Source of the DNA: an uncultured Gammaproteobacteria bacterium
GTDB lineage: Bacteria > Patescibacteriota > Microgenomatia > Woykebacterales > RBG-16-39-9b
Assembly (NCBI GenBank): GCA_965231125.1
Contig: OZ246414.1
Coordinates: forward strand, 827,239-891,238
Reading direction: 5' to 3'
Length of the DNA stretch: 64,000 nt
Shown here: positions 18,508 through 27,983 of the stretch, piece after piece
How the letters are laid out: each line of letters begins with the position of its first letter
How positions within the stretch are numbered: position 1 is the first letter of the stretch
Notes under the pieces: generated by a model
Seen by the model: only the letters and a program-made list of their open reading frames with translations
The model's database searches: none
What the model was told of the DNA's origin: nothing
Made by a program: the position numbers and the translations under genes

Positions 18508-19509
18508 TCTCTTAATGATGCTTCGCTTATACAAATCTATATTCTCCAGCGCCATTCCGGTCCCAGTTACAACGCAAAGCAGAGCATCCTCGGCTACGTG
18601 ACAAGGCACGCCAGTGACTTCGGTAAAATATTTATCTAAGTTACGTAGTAGCGATGTCCCCCCACTCATTACTATACCCCGATCGATTATGTCACTGGCA
18701 AGCTCTGGTGGAGTTTGCTCCAAAACTCCTTTAACTGCCTCTAAAATTTGGTTAATCGTGCCTCTTATTGCTTCGGTAACTTCCCGAGACGAAAGTTCCA
18801 AAGTTTTTGGAAGTCCGCTGATACTGTCCCGACCCCTTACCTCCATGGTCGGATTGTCCTCCGACGGTGAAGCACTTGCAACTGTCAATTTTATATCCTC
18901 GGCGGTTCTTTCTCCGACGATTAAATTGAATTTTCTTCTAATGTATTGGATAATTGCCTCGTCAATTTTATTTCCGGCTACTCGGGCACTGCTGTGAACG
19001 ACAACCCCTCCTAAGGAAATCACCGCCGCCTCGGTTGACCCACCACCAATATCCACTATCATGTTTCCAGAGGCTGTCCCGATGGGAATTCGAGCCCCAA
19101 TTGCGGCTGCCAAAGGTTCATCAATCAAGTAAGCCGTGCGGGCACCCGCTGAAAGAGTCGCATCCAAAACCGCCCGGCGCTCTACGGAAGTGACACCAGC
19201 CGGCACACAAATCATCACCTCTGGCTTGAAAATTCTTGAGTGGCCACAAACTTTATCGATAAAATACCGCAGCATAACCTCGGTAATTACGTAATCGGCG
19301 ATTACGCCGTCTCTCATGGGGCGAGACGCCGTTATGCCCTCCGGGGTTCTTCCAAGCATGGCTTTTGCTTCGTTACCGACAGCTAAAACTTCTCCGTCGT
19401 CCTCGGAAACAGCCACTACAGTTGGCTCATTAAGAACAACACCTGAGCCTTCTAAGTAAACGAGTGAATTTGCAGTTCCTAAATCTATACCTATTCTTTT
19501 TGAAAACAT
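18505..19509 (-). CDS. mreB: Rod shape-determining actin-like protein MreB
   Basis: IGIDLGTAN, DIGGGSTE, TPPELASDI. Confidence 0.97.
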   Translation of the reverse strand: MFSKRIGIDLGTANSLVYLEGSGVVLNEPTVVAVSEDDGEVLAVGNEAKAMLGRTPEGITASRPMRDGVIADYVITEVMLRYFIDKVCGHSRIFKPEVMICVPAGVTSVERRAVLDATLSAGARTAYLIDEPLAAAIGARIPIGTASGNMIVDIGGGSTEAAVISLGGVVVHSSARVAGNKIDEAIIQYIRRKFNLIVGERTAEDIKLTVASASPSEDNPTMEVRGRDSISGLPKTLELSSREVTEAIRGTINQILEAVKGVLEQTPPELASDIIDRGIVMSGGTSLLRNLDKYFTEVTGVPCHVAEDALLCVVTGTGMALENIDLYKRSIIKR

Positions 19510-19671
19510 AGTTTTTGGAATGGGCGTAAGACTAACTCATTATATTGGTGGAACTCCAACTTGACAAGAGGCTTTTTCGTCAGCTAGTTCAAATATTACT
19601 TAAATATATCAATCTGTTTAATCTAAAATGGCGGTATTGAAAATTTTTTTTCTGTGATAGAATTACTCTCT

Positions 19672-20784
19672 ATGAAAAGGCTAGTCTTCTTTTTCGGGGC
19701 AGTTGCGTTCGTAGTGGTGTTAACTCTCTTGTTAGTATTTTACGGACGCGGTTACAGACTGAATCTTAGTAGCAGGAGGATCGCCGGCACAGGCATTATT
19801 GCCATAACTTCTACTCCGTCTGACGCTTCCGTCTACCTAGATGGGCAATTTAAAAACTCGACAAATACAAACATCGAAAATTTAACCCCCGGTAAATACG
19901 ATCTGCGGATAACTAAGGACGGTTTCAGTAGTTGGGAAAAGCAAATCTCAGTGACCAAGGAAAAGGTAACCCCAGTAAATGTGCTACTTTTCCCTTTAGC
20001 GCCTAGTTTATCAGCCCTGACGTACACGGGAGTATCTTCGCCAAAAATTTCTCCAGACGGCCAAAAAATTGCATACCATGTGCAAGGCGACAGTACCTCC
20101 GGTTTGTGGACTCTAGATTTAGGTCAACGCTCGTTTATATTTTCTAAGTCTACCAAGCAAATTGCCCAGGATAGTAGTGACTTTATTTTTTCAAAATCTG
20201 CTTTTACTTGGTCCCCCGACAGCAAATCAATACTTACATCGGCCAAAGATTCTTCTGGCAAATTAAGAAACTATCTGCTAGATACCTCAAAGCTAAATGA
20301 AAATTTTGTTGATATTTCCGGAACGTCCGCCACACTAAAAGAGGGGTGGGACAGCCAAGTTAAATCTAGCGAAGAAGAGAAACTTCGCCGTCTTGGAATC
20401 AAAGCCCAGGCTCTTGCGAAAGGTGCCGACCAAATTATTTTTTCTCCAGACAATCACGCAGTTATTATTGTAAAGAACGGGAAAAGCCCCGTAGTTTACG
20501 ATGCTAGACCTTCGCTAGATCCGACAATGAAACCGAAAGTTTTTGAAATACCGGCAGCGGCCAGTTACATCTGGTACCCATCTAACAACGATATCATTCT
20601 AGTTAAAAAACACTCAATAAGTATTGTTGATCTTGGCGGGACGAATGACACCACGATTTATACTGGGGATTTTGAAGAAGACGCTGTTTTCCCTTGGCCA
20701 GACGGGTCCAAGCTAGTAATAGCCAGTGCACTAAACACAACCGCAAACAAAAAACCTAACCTCTACTCGATTTCCCTTCGTTAG
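19672..20784 (+). CDS. Membrane-anchored PEGA-domain protein with TolB-like propeller repeats
   Basis: TM, STPSDASVYLDG PEGA motif, SPDG/WSPD repeats. Confidence 0.8.
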   Translation: MKRLVFFFGAVAFVVVLTLLLVFYGRGYRLNLSSRRIAGTGIIAITSTPSDASVYLDGQFKNSTNTNIENLTPGKYDLRITKDGFSSWEKQISVTKEKVTPVNVLLFPLAPSLSALTYTGVSSPKISPDGQKIAYHVQGDSTSGLWTLDLGQRSFIFSKSTKQIAQDSSDFIFSKSAFTWSPDSKSILTSAKDSSGKLRNYLLDTSKLNENFVDISGTSATLKEGWDSQVKSSEEEKLRRLGIKAQALAKGADQIIFSPDNHAVIIVKNGKSPVVYDARPSLDPTMKPKVFEIPAAASYIWYPSNNDIILVKKHSISIVDLGGTNDTTIYTGDFEEDAVFPWPDGSKLVIASALNTTANKKPNLYSISLR

Positions 20785-20792
20785 TTGACCAA

Positions 20793-21485
20793 TCACGACC
20801 CGACCAACCTTGCTGTAACAATCAATCTCCGCAAACTCGAGCCGGGTGGATCGCAGGTTTGCAAAGTGACTATCGGATCCTTTGAGGGCTGGGTAATGTA
20901 GCGAGTATCGGTTGCCTCAACCACTTTCTTATCAAAAACAATGTAATCATAACGTTTCCCTTTGTAATAAAGTATAACTCTATCCCCAACTGCCAATTTC
21001 CTTAGTAAATAAAAAACACTGTTGTACATTCGCGCTTGAATCGGATTTACTGCCGAATGAGCAAAAAGGAAGACATTGTTGTTTGCCGCTTTTGTCGAAC
21101 CAGGAAACGCGGTCCCTTTGGCATGAGCAACCCCGGATCGTAAAGCGTTGATGTAATCGGCGTAGTTAAAGCTGTCAACGTTTGGAACTACTGGCGAGTT
21201 TACATCAATCTTGGGAATTACAATTCCAAAATTAGTATCTTTAGGTTTGATTGTAACAACCTTTGGCTCGATGAATGGGGCTAAAACACTTTTTTCCCTT
21301 TGGGAAGCTTGGGCTTCACCAGGAACAACGTAAGTCACTCCGGTGATATGATCCCACCAATAACGAATTTCCAGGCTAACGAACGGCCAAAAGCTAAGAA
21401 ACGCAAACATAACTCCCAAAATTATCAGAGAGTTTGCAATTGTTCTTATTAAAATAAAAAGCCAAAACCTATTTCTTTTTTGCAT
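20793..21485 (-). CDS. Sortase
   Basis: LFAHS, TLQTC, RRLIV; start MQKRN at 21485 because the track start overlaps a tRNA. Confidence 0.88.
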   Translation of the reverse strand: MQKRNRFWLFILIRTIANSLIILGVMFAFLSFWPFVSLEIRYWWDHITGVTYVVPGEAQASQREKSVLAPFIEPKVVTIKPKDTNFGIVIPKIDVNSPVVPNVDSFNYADYINALRSGVAHAKGTAFPGSTKAANNNVFLFAHSAVNPIQARMYNSVFYLLRKLAVGDRVILYYKGKRYDYIVFDKKVVEATDTRYITQPSKDPIVTLQTCDPPGSSLRRLIVTARLVGS

Positions 21486-21506
21486 AACGATAGCGAAAGG
21501 GTCACT

Positions 21507-21582
21507 TGGCGCCCCTGGAGGGAGTCGAACCCCCAATCTTTCCCTTAGGACGGGACTGCTTTATCCATTAAGCCACAGGGGC
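21507..21582 (-). tRNA. tRNA-Arg(CCT)
   Basis: Cloverleaf, anticodon CCT, CCA end. Confidence 0.92.
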
Positions 21583-21712
21583 ACTAATCTTAAGAATCTT
21601 TTAATGTTTGGATTCTAACAAATATGTAGGTGCATTTCAATTTCTGACAAACCCATTACCATTTTAGAGACTACCAGTATATAACCGAGAGGTTTGTGTT
21701 ATACTAAGCTAA

Positions 21713-22105
21713 ATGCACAAAACTCACATAAAAGGACTTTTAGGCGAATTAGAATTCTCCTTGTATCTAATTCAAAAGGGTTGGTCCGTATTAAAACCAA
21801 CCAATCAAAATTCAAGGTATGATGTTGTTTTGGAAAAAGATGGTAAGTTTAAAAGACTTCAAATAAAATATTGTACACCAAACAATGGCGTAATAAGACT
21901 TGAGCTTGACAGGCCAAAAAGAAAAACTAGGCCATACGGAAGTAGTGAAATTGATTATATAGCTGCTTATAATTCTAGAGACCATAAGTTTTATTTAATA
22001 CCAATAAGCCACTTTAGAAAGCAAAAAGAAATTTGGCTAAGGATTGATAAACCCAGGAACGGTCAAAACAAAAATATAAGATTTGCCAGTGACTATGAAA
22101 TTTAA
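21713..22105 (+). CDS. PD-(D/E)XK endonuclease (group I intron-associated type), free-standing
   Basis: [28 protein letters not shown] motifs. Confidence 0.8.
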   Translation: MHKTHIKGLLGELEFSLYLIQKGWSVLKPTNQNSRYDVVLEKDGKFKRLQIKYCTPNNGVIRLELDRPKRKTRPYGSSEIDYIAAYNSRDHKFYLIPISHFRKQKEIWLRIDKPRNGQNKNIRFASDYEI

Positions 22106-22182
22106 CGGGGAGTGGCGCAGCTTGGTAGCGCGCGTCGTTCGGGACGACGAGGCCGGAGGTTCAAATCCTCTCTCCCCGACCA
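22106..22182 (+). tRNA. tRNA-Pro(CGG)
   Basis: CGTCG-TTCGGGA-CGACG arm, CCA end. Confidence 0.95.
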
Positions 22183-22221
22183 AGTTGACACTAAGACATC
22201 CTAACAACTATCATTTAACTA

Positions 22222-22752
22222 ATGATCCCGCCAATTAAAACTCGAAGTTCTCTAAAAACCCTTGGCGGGCGTTTCGCCAAGTCCCCTGGTTTTACCCTTG
22301 TTGAACTTTTAGTTGTGATTTCAATTATTTCTGTTTTAGCAACTCTCGCTTTTGTTAACTATAGAACCGCCCAAAGAAATTCGCGAGACCAAAAAAGAAT
22401 TCAAGAGTTAGATGGAGTTAAAGGCTCTCTTGAACTCTATTTTCAAAATAATCAATCTTATCCAAACTCAGATGCAGCCGGAAACATGGCTTGTGGATCA
22501 CCAATTGTTTCTCTGAATTGGGGGTCCAGCCCGTTTAGCTGCTCCTCATCCGGGCCAGTTTATATGAGAGTGCTACCCTATGATACGAATGTGCAATATT
22601 GCTACGTATCGGCAGTAGCACCAACACCTGCAACTTCCTTTTCACTCTATGCTTTCATGGAAAACCCCAAAAATGTCAATCGCACTTTAGATGTAGCTGC
22701 CGGCTGTCCTGGAGGGGTTGAGTACAACTATTTACTAGAAAACGAAAAGTGA
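22222..22752 (+). CDS. Type IV pilin / pseudopilin
   Basis: G|FTLVELLVV class III signal peptide. Confidence 0.9.
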   Translation: MIPPIKTRSSLKTLGGRFAKSPGFTLVELLVVISIISVLATLAFVNYRTAQRNSRDQKRIQELDGVKGSLELYFQNNQSYPNSDAAGNMACGSPIVSLNWGSSPFSCSSSGPVYMRVLPYDTNVQYCYVSAVAPTPATSFSLYAFMENPKNVNRTLDVAAGCPGGVEYNYLLENEK

Positions 22753-22819
22753 CAGACGGCCTCAATTTAGAAGGCTTTTAAATTTGACAAAGACGGCCGT
22801 TACAAATATATTTAAAGCA

Positions 22820-23344
22820 ATGTCCATTCCAACTAGGCATTACGTAAAACGCGGTTTTACGCTCATTGAACTTCTAATTGTTGTGGCGATTATTTCGATT
22901 CTTATATCGATTGGGGCAACTTCCTACCTTAGAGCGCAGAAAAATGGTCGGGATGGCCAAAGGAAATCTGACCTGGGTATAGTAGCCTCTGGTCTCGAAC
23001 AGTATTATGCCGACAATAATAAATATCCGCAGAGTGGCACTGGTGCTGATGCTGGAAAAATATTTTGCGATGGGGCTGCCTTGAATTGGGATGGAACAAC
23101 AGCGTTTGCTTGTTCATCAAGAACTTACCTTAGCAAGCTTCCCCAGGATCTACTGGCTCCGGCTCAAAATTACTACTACCTCGCCTTGAATTCGTCGGGT
23201 GCTGCTGGTTGTGATAATACATCACCAGGCAATAGTTGTCAGCGGTTTATACTATCAACAAATTTGGAAAATAATAATGACGACAGTAGAAATGCTGGTT
23301 GTAACAGTTCTAATGCGACTGACGATTACTGCCTCTACCCATAA
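22820..23344 (+). CDS. Type IV pilin / pseudopilin
   Basis: G|FTLIELLIV class III signal peptide. Confidence 0.9.
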   Translation: MSIPTRHYVKRGFTLIELLIVVAIISILISIGATSYLRAQKNGRDGQRKSDLGIVASGLEQYYADNNKYPQSGTGADAGKIFCDGAALNWDGTTAFACSSRTYLSKLPQDLLAPAQNYYYLALNSSGAAGCDNTSPGNSCQRFILSTNLENNNDDSRNAGCNSSNATDDYCLYP

Positions 23345-23352
23345 AGTGTGGG

Positions 23353-23904
23353 TTAATACTCGTAAATCTCACCCTCACTAAACCATAAAGTTTCTTCGAA
23401 CTTTGCCTCTTCTTCCGAACCAGAAACGTGGATTAGATTTTCAACTCCTCTTCTTTCAACATTGGCGTAAGCTGCCGAATCGGTCGAAAAATCCCCTCTT
23501 ATCGTTCCCGGGGCGGCTTGCACTGGCATTGTCGGTCCGGCTAGAGAAGTTACGTTTTCAACGGCGTGGCGGCCTTCCAAAAGCATTGCAACCACCGGCC
23601 CACCACCGACATAATGCAGGAGCCAGCTGACGACTAGTCTGCCAAGTTCTTTTGGGTCGCTCGTTCCAAAATCGGCCTTTGCGTCTTTACCAAACTCGGC
23701 ATAAGTTTTGAGGGTTTTATTACCAAGTCTGTCCAAAGTTTCTTCCTTATCAACTTTATAATGCTTCTTAAGAAGCTCTTCGTCCGGCCACACCATTTTC
23801 ATGGCAACAATTTTTAAACCCACGCGCTCAAACCGGTGAATAATTTCACCGGCCACTCCTCTTTTTACTGCATCTGGTTTTAATAAAACAACGGTTCTTT
23901 CCAA
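23353..23904 (-). CDS. ndk: Nucleoside diphosphate kinase
   Basis: ERTVVLLKPDAV, PGTIRGDF, NLIHVSGS; probable TTG start at 23904. Confidence 0.93.
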   Translation of the reverse strand: MERTVVLLKPDAVKRGVAGEIIHRFERVGLKIVAMKMVWPDEELLKKHYKVDKEETLDRLGNKTLKTYAEFGKDAKADFGTSDPKELGRLVVSWLLHYVGGGPVVAMLLEGRHAVENVTSLAGPTMPVQAAPGTIRGDFSTDSAAYANVERRGVENLIHVSGSEEEAKFEETLWFSEGEIYEY

Positions 23905-24028
23905 GATTAAGCTAATAGTTGTAGCGCCAGCGAAAACTATGCTTAAGCGCAGTACGCGCAGTAGCTGATCTTCGGTAGAAGATATCAACTACGAGCGGAC
24001 TATAAACTATCCTTCTTTAAAATTGCTT

Positions 24029-25297
24029 CTAAAATCTCAAAATTTTCTCAAACTTCTCTTCACTCTTAAACGGACCGACTATCGCCAGGTTCAAACCTTG
24101 ATTCACAAAGATATCTTTTGCTACCTTTTGAATATCTTGTGCGGTTACCTTTTCGATATTTTTTATTATCTGCTCTGGTGTGCGAATCTTCTCTTCAAGC
24201 AGTTCTTGCAACCCAAACAAATTTGATACTTCTCGTGAATCTTCCAGCTCCAAAACAAACTTACCCTTTAAATAATCTTTAGCCTTTTTCAATTCTACTT
24301 CAGAAACTATCTCATCTGCAAGTTTCTTATATTCAGCGAGGATGACTTTAACTGCTTCTTCAATATTTTTAGGCTCAACGCCGGCTTGGGCTGCGAGTGA
24401 CCCGGCATCGTGATATTCCTCAGTGCCGCTGCGGACGTAATAAGCCAACCCGCGCCGCTCCCGCAATTGAATAAAAAGCCGGCTGCTCATGGACGATCCA
24501 AGGATTGTATTTAAAACTCCAAGTTTATAGCGATTTGGATGGCCGATTGGATAGGATCGGACTCCAAGACAAAGATGGGCCTGTTCGCTATCTTTATAAA
24601 AGATTTTTACACCGGGTGCTTTTTGCTGAACCTTAACTTTATCAAACCCTTTTGTTTTCTTTTCCTTAAGTTCACCGAGAAACTTTCCGACAAGATCCTT
24701 TGACTTTTCCGCCGAGGCTCCACCGGAGATGGTAACCACCATATTCCCCGGTTTGTAAAAATCTTCAATGTATTGAAAAAAATCTTCCCGTTGAATATTT
24801 TTGAGCGATTCAATAGTGCCAACTGTATCCCAACCCAAAGGTTGGTCTCCATACAATAGCGAATCATAAACTTCCGGAACATAACGCATCGGCGTGTCCA
24901 AATACATACGCAATTCTTCGATAATTACATTCACCTCCCTATCAATCTCCTCTTGGGAAAATAAGGAATTCAGAAGCATATCGGAAACAACATCCAAACA
25001 AAGTTCCAGATGGTCTTTGGCGGCTTTAATGTAATAACCAGTGAATTCTTTAGAGGTGAAGGCGTTGAATTCTCCACCGATTCCATCTATCAAAGAGGAG
25101 ATTTCTAATGCACTGGGTCTCCTTTGCGTGCCTTTAAAAAACATGTGTTCGGCAAAATGCGCAACGCCATTTTTCTCTTTGGTTTCGTAACGAGAGCCGG
25201 ATTTTACCAGCACCATAACAGTAACGGATTCCACCCCTGACATGTGAGTCGAAACAATCCTTAAGTTATTTTTTAGTTTTATTAGTTCTGGTTTCAT
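24029..25297 (-). CDS. M16 family zinc peptidase
   Basis: HFAEHMFFKGT inverted zinc motif; LRERRGLAY. Confidence 0.93.
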   Translation of the reverse strand: MKPELIKLKNNLRIVSTHMSGVESVTVMVLVKSGSRYETKEKNGVAHFAEHMFFKGTQRRPSALEISSLIDGIGGEFNAFTSKEFTGYYIKAAKDHLELCLDVVSDMLLNSLFSQEEIDREVNVIIEELRMYLDTPMRYVPEVYDSLLYGDQPLGWDTVGTIESLKNIQREDFFQYIEDFYKPGNMVVTISGGASAEKSKDLVGKFLGELKEKKTKGFDKVKVQQKAPGVKIFYKDSEQAHLCLGVRSYPIGHPNRYKLGVLNTILGSSMSSRLFIQLRERRGLAYYVRSGTEEYHDAGSLAAQAGVEPKNIEEAVKVILAEYKKLADEIVSEVELKKAKDYLKGKFVLELEDSREVSNLFGLQELLEEKIRTPEQIIKNIEKVTAQDIQKVAKDIFVNQGLNLAIVGPFKSEEKFEKILRF

Positions 25298-25408
25298 GAT
25301 AAGGACTCGTGCTGAGCTTGTCGAAGCATTGTAGCAGAAAGGAAAAGATATGAAAAGAGGCGTAAAAACTTTTAGTTTTTACGCCCCTGCGAATTCTGAC
25401 CTCTCTAC

Positions 25409-26590
25409 CTAATTGTAGCTAACTTTCGCTTGAGCGAAAGCGTTGCTAATCTCAATGGCCATAGTAGTGACGTCCGCACAAACGCTGTAGCGGATGTACG
25501 ACCCGAAAGGAACACCCACCACCCCGGCTTTCTCAATCATGACAGAGTTGAAAGCCTCTCCGCCGGGCGTCTCTTGACCAAAGGCCCAATTCGGGGAAAG
25601 CGAAAGAGTGAAGAACCCGGCCTGTGGCAGGACTGCGAGCTGTAAGCCTGCTCCTTCCAGAAGACTAACAAGCAGGTTCACTCTAAAATTGTAGATCCTC
25701 AGACACTCGGCGACCCCTGCTTGATCATGTTCCATAGCATAAAGCGCGCCGACTGCCTGTGGGGCAGTGAAGCCACTGTCGGTATTTCCTTTCACTCGTG
25801 ACAGATCTGCAATGAAATCTGGTGAGCCGACCATAGCACCGACACGCCAACCGGTACCGTTGGCGATTGATTTCGAAGCAGAGACGCCCTCCATCCAGGA
25901 AAGTCTTGGAAACCCCGGTGCGACATGGGCAAGCGCTGTTCCAGTTTGGTAATGGAGAGCGAGATACGCCGCATCGTTGAAGAGACGGATACCCCTCTCC
26001 TCGCAGAAGGCACAGATCTTCCGCCAACCTTCTGAAGTCATAACCTGACCGGTTGGGTTGTGCGGGTAGTTGAGCATTAAGAGCTTTACGTCCGGATCGA
26101 TGTCGGCGACGTCAACCACGAACTGGTTTTCCATGTTCAACGGCAGCTCCTGAATCGGAAGGTGCAGATCCATGCACTGATCCAGTGGCGTCGGATAACC
26201 CGGGTTTGTCATCGTAGCAACCTTGATTGGGTGATCCACCGCCCCACAGGCTTTAGGTATCAACCCAAGCATAGGTTTGATACCCGGAATAGGTAGAAAA
26301 TCTACATCCTCACCTTCGAGAGAAGATAGAAGATGGGCCTCCACGAAACGACGGGCGAAATCTGGGCAACCAGGACTTCCATTGTCCTGATACTCGTGCA
26401 CCGCCATTTCTCGACTGTATATAGCTTCGGCCGCTGCCGCACGAGCGCTTGCTAAGGCAGGGCCTTGTGGTTGGCCTATCGCCATGTCAATGACTTGCAT
26501 CCCCGACTTTTCGGCTTCCAACCGCCGCCGTTTGATACGCTGGAAAAGATTCTCTCCACCTTCTGGAAGCCAAGATTTCAAAGTGGTCAT
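25409..26590 (-). CDS. PLP-dependent class I/II aminotransferase, LL-diaminopimelate aminotransferase-like
   Basis: NYPHNPTG, DAAY, SASK..GWRVG; co-transcribed with lysA. Confidence 0.75.
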   Translation of the reverse strand: MTTLKSWLPEGGENLFQRIKRRRLEAEKSGMQVIDMAIGQPQGPALASARAAAAEAIYSREMAVHEYQDNGSPGCPDFARRFVEAHLLSSLEGEDVDFLPIPGIKPMLGLIPKACGAVDHPIKVATMTNPGYPTPLDQCMDLHLPIQELPLNMENQFVVDVADIDPDVKLLMLNYPHNPTGQVMTSEGWRKICAFCEERGIRLFNDAAYLALHYQTGTALAHVAPGFPRLSWMEGVSASKSIANGTGWRVGAMVGSPDFIADLSRVKGNTDSGFTAPQAVGALYAMEHDQAGVAECLRIYNFRVNLLVSLLEGAGLQLAVLPQAGFFTLSLSPNWAFGQETPGGEAFNSVMIEKAGVVGVPFGSYIRYSVCADVTTMAIEISNAFAQAKVSYN

Positions 26591-26607
26591 GTCTCTACTA
26601 CCTCCTT

Positions 26608-27888
26608 CTACAGTTTTAGTACATTCCGCTCAAAATCGAGCTGGGTCCGTAGGTAATCATCAACTGTCTCCGCGCGGCGGATAAGTTCAACACTTCCATC
26701 CCCTAGGAGCAGGAGCTCTTTAGGGCGAAGTCTTCCATTGTACCAGAAGCCCATGGCAATGCCGTGAGCACCGGTGTCATGGATGATGACGAAGTCGCCC
26801 TCTGCTGAGAAAGCTGGAAGTCCTCGCTGCACTGCGAACTTGTCGTTGTTCTCGCAAAGCGACCCCACAACGTCGAAGGGTTCATCAATGCCGATTTCCC
26901 CAGTACCATCGGGCCTTAGCACTGTGCAGCGATGATAAGCCGTCGGGTACATACCGGGTCGCATGAGTGAGCTCATGCAGGCATCAACACCTAGGTATTC
27001 CCGGTGCTTATTCATTCGGTTAATGACCGTAGTCGCCAACACGCCGTGGGGTCCGGTGATCGCGCGGCCAGATTCCATGAAAAGCTTCGGTTGGTAACCG
27101 TTTCGCTCTCCAAAGGACTGGAAAAGCCCCCGACTGGCAGCTGCCAAGGCTCCCAAGTTGAAGGGCTGGTCGTCCGGCTTGTAGGGAATACCGATACCGC
27201 CACCGATGTTGCTGAAGTCGAACTCGACGCCGAGCTCCCTTCCGAGCAGCTCGACCAGATCGAGCAGCATCCAAACCGTCTCCACCATATAGGTGTAATT
27301 CAGCTCGTTGCTGATGATCATGGTGTGGAGGCCGAAGCGTTTGGCGCCCCGCTCTATCGCTTCCTTGCAGGCGTCCAATAGTTGGTCACGGCGCAATCCG
27401 TACTTGGCCTCTTCGGGCTTGCCAATAATGGCGTTGCCTTCTCGGTCTGGACCAGGATTGTAGCGGAAGCAGATGAGTTCCGGAAAGGGCTCTGGAACTT
27501 TTCCGACGAAGCTGATGTCGTCAAGATTCAAGATGCAACCGCCTTCGGACTGCGCTACCTGGTATTCCACCGGTGAGGTATTGTTCGAGGTGAACATGAT
27601 CCGGTCTGGCGTTGCACCAACTTGGCGAGCCATTACTAGCTCCGGAATCGAACTGCAGTCAAAACCACAACCCTCTTCCAGAAGCATTGTCATGATACGC
27701 AAGTTCGGCAGTGCTTTGACCGCGAAGTACTCACGGAAGTCCGGACACCACGAAAATAGTGCCAGTAGCTGCCGCATACCCTCCCGAATCCCAACTTCGT
27801 CATAGATGTGGAAGGGAGTACCGAAATGCTCGACGATCGCTGGGAGCCGTGGGAAAAGCCGCGACTCAAAATCCTCTGACATTGGCAT
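26608..27888 (-). CDS. lysA: Diaminopimelate decarboxylase
   Basis: FAVKALPN, NIGGG, ESGR, CENND, GAHG..MG. Confidence 0.93.
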   Translation of the reverse strand: MPMSEDFESRLFPRLPAIVEHFGTPFHIYDEVGIREGMRQLLALFSWCPDFREYFAVKALPNLRIMTMLLEEGCGFDCSSIPELVMARQVGATPDRIMFTSNNTSPVEYQVAQSEGGCILNLDDISFVGKVPEPFPELICFRYNPGPDREGNAIIGKPEEAKYGLRRDQLLDACKEAIERGAKRFGLHTMIISNELNYTYMVETVWMLLDLVELLGRELGVEFDFSNIGGGIGIPYKPDDQPFNLGALAAASRGLFQSFGERNGYQPKLFMESGRAITGPHGVLATTVINRMNKHREYLGVDACMSSLMRPGMYPTAYHRCTVLRPDGTGEIGIDEPFDVVGSLCENNDKFAVQRGLPAFSAEGDFVIIHDTGAHGIAMGFWYNGRLRPKELLLLGDGSVELIRRAETVDDYLRTQLDFERNVLKL

Positions 27889-27983
27889 TGTGATCTCCTC
27901 CTTCTTAAATATGAAAATTGGAATGTGCTAGTTTATCGGCTGGATAATAACAAATGGCGGCGAAAAAAACAATGTTATGGGAC

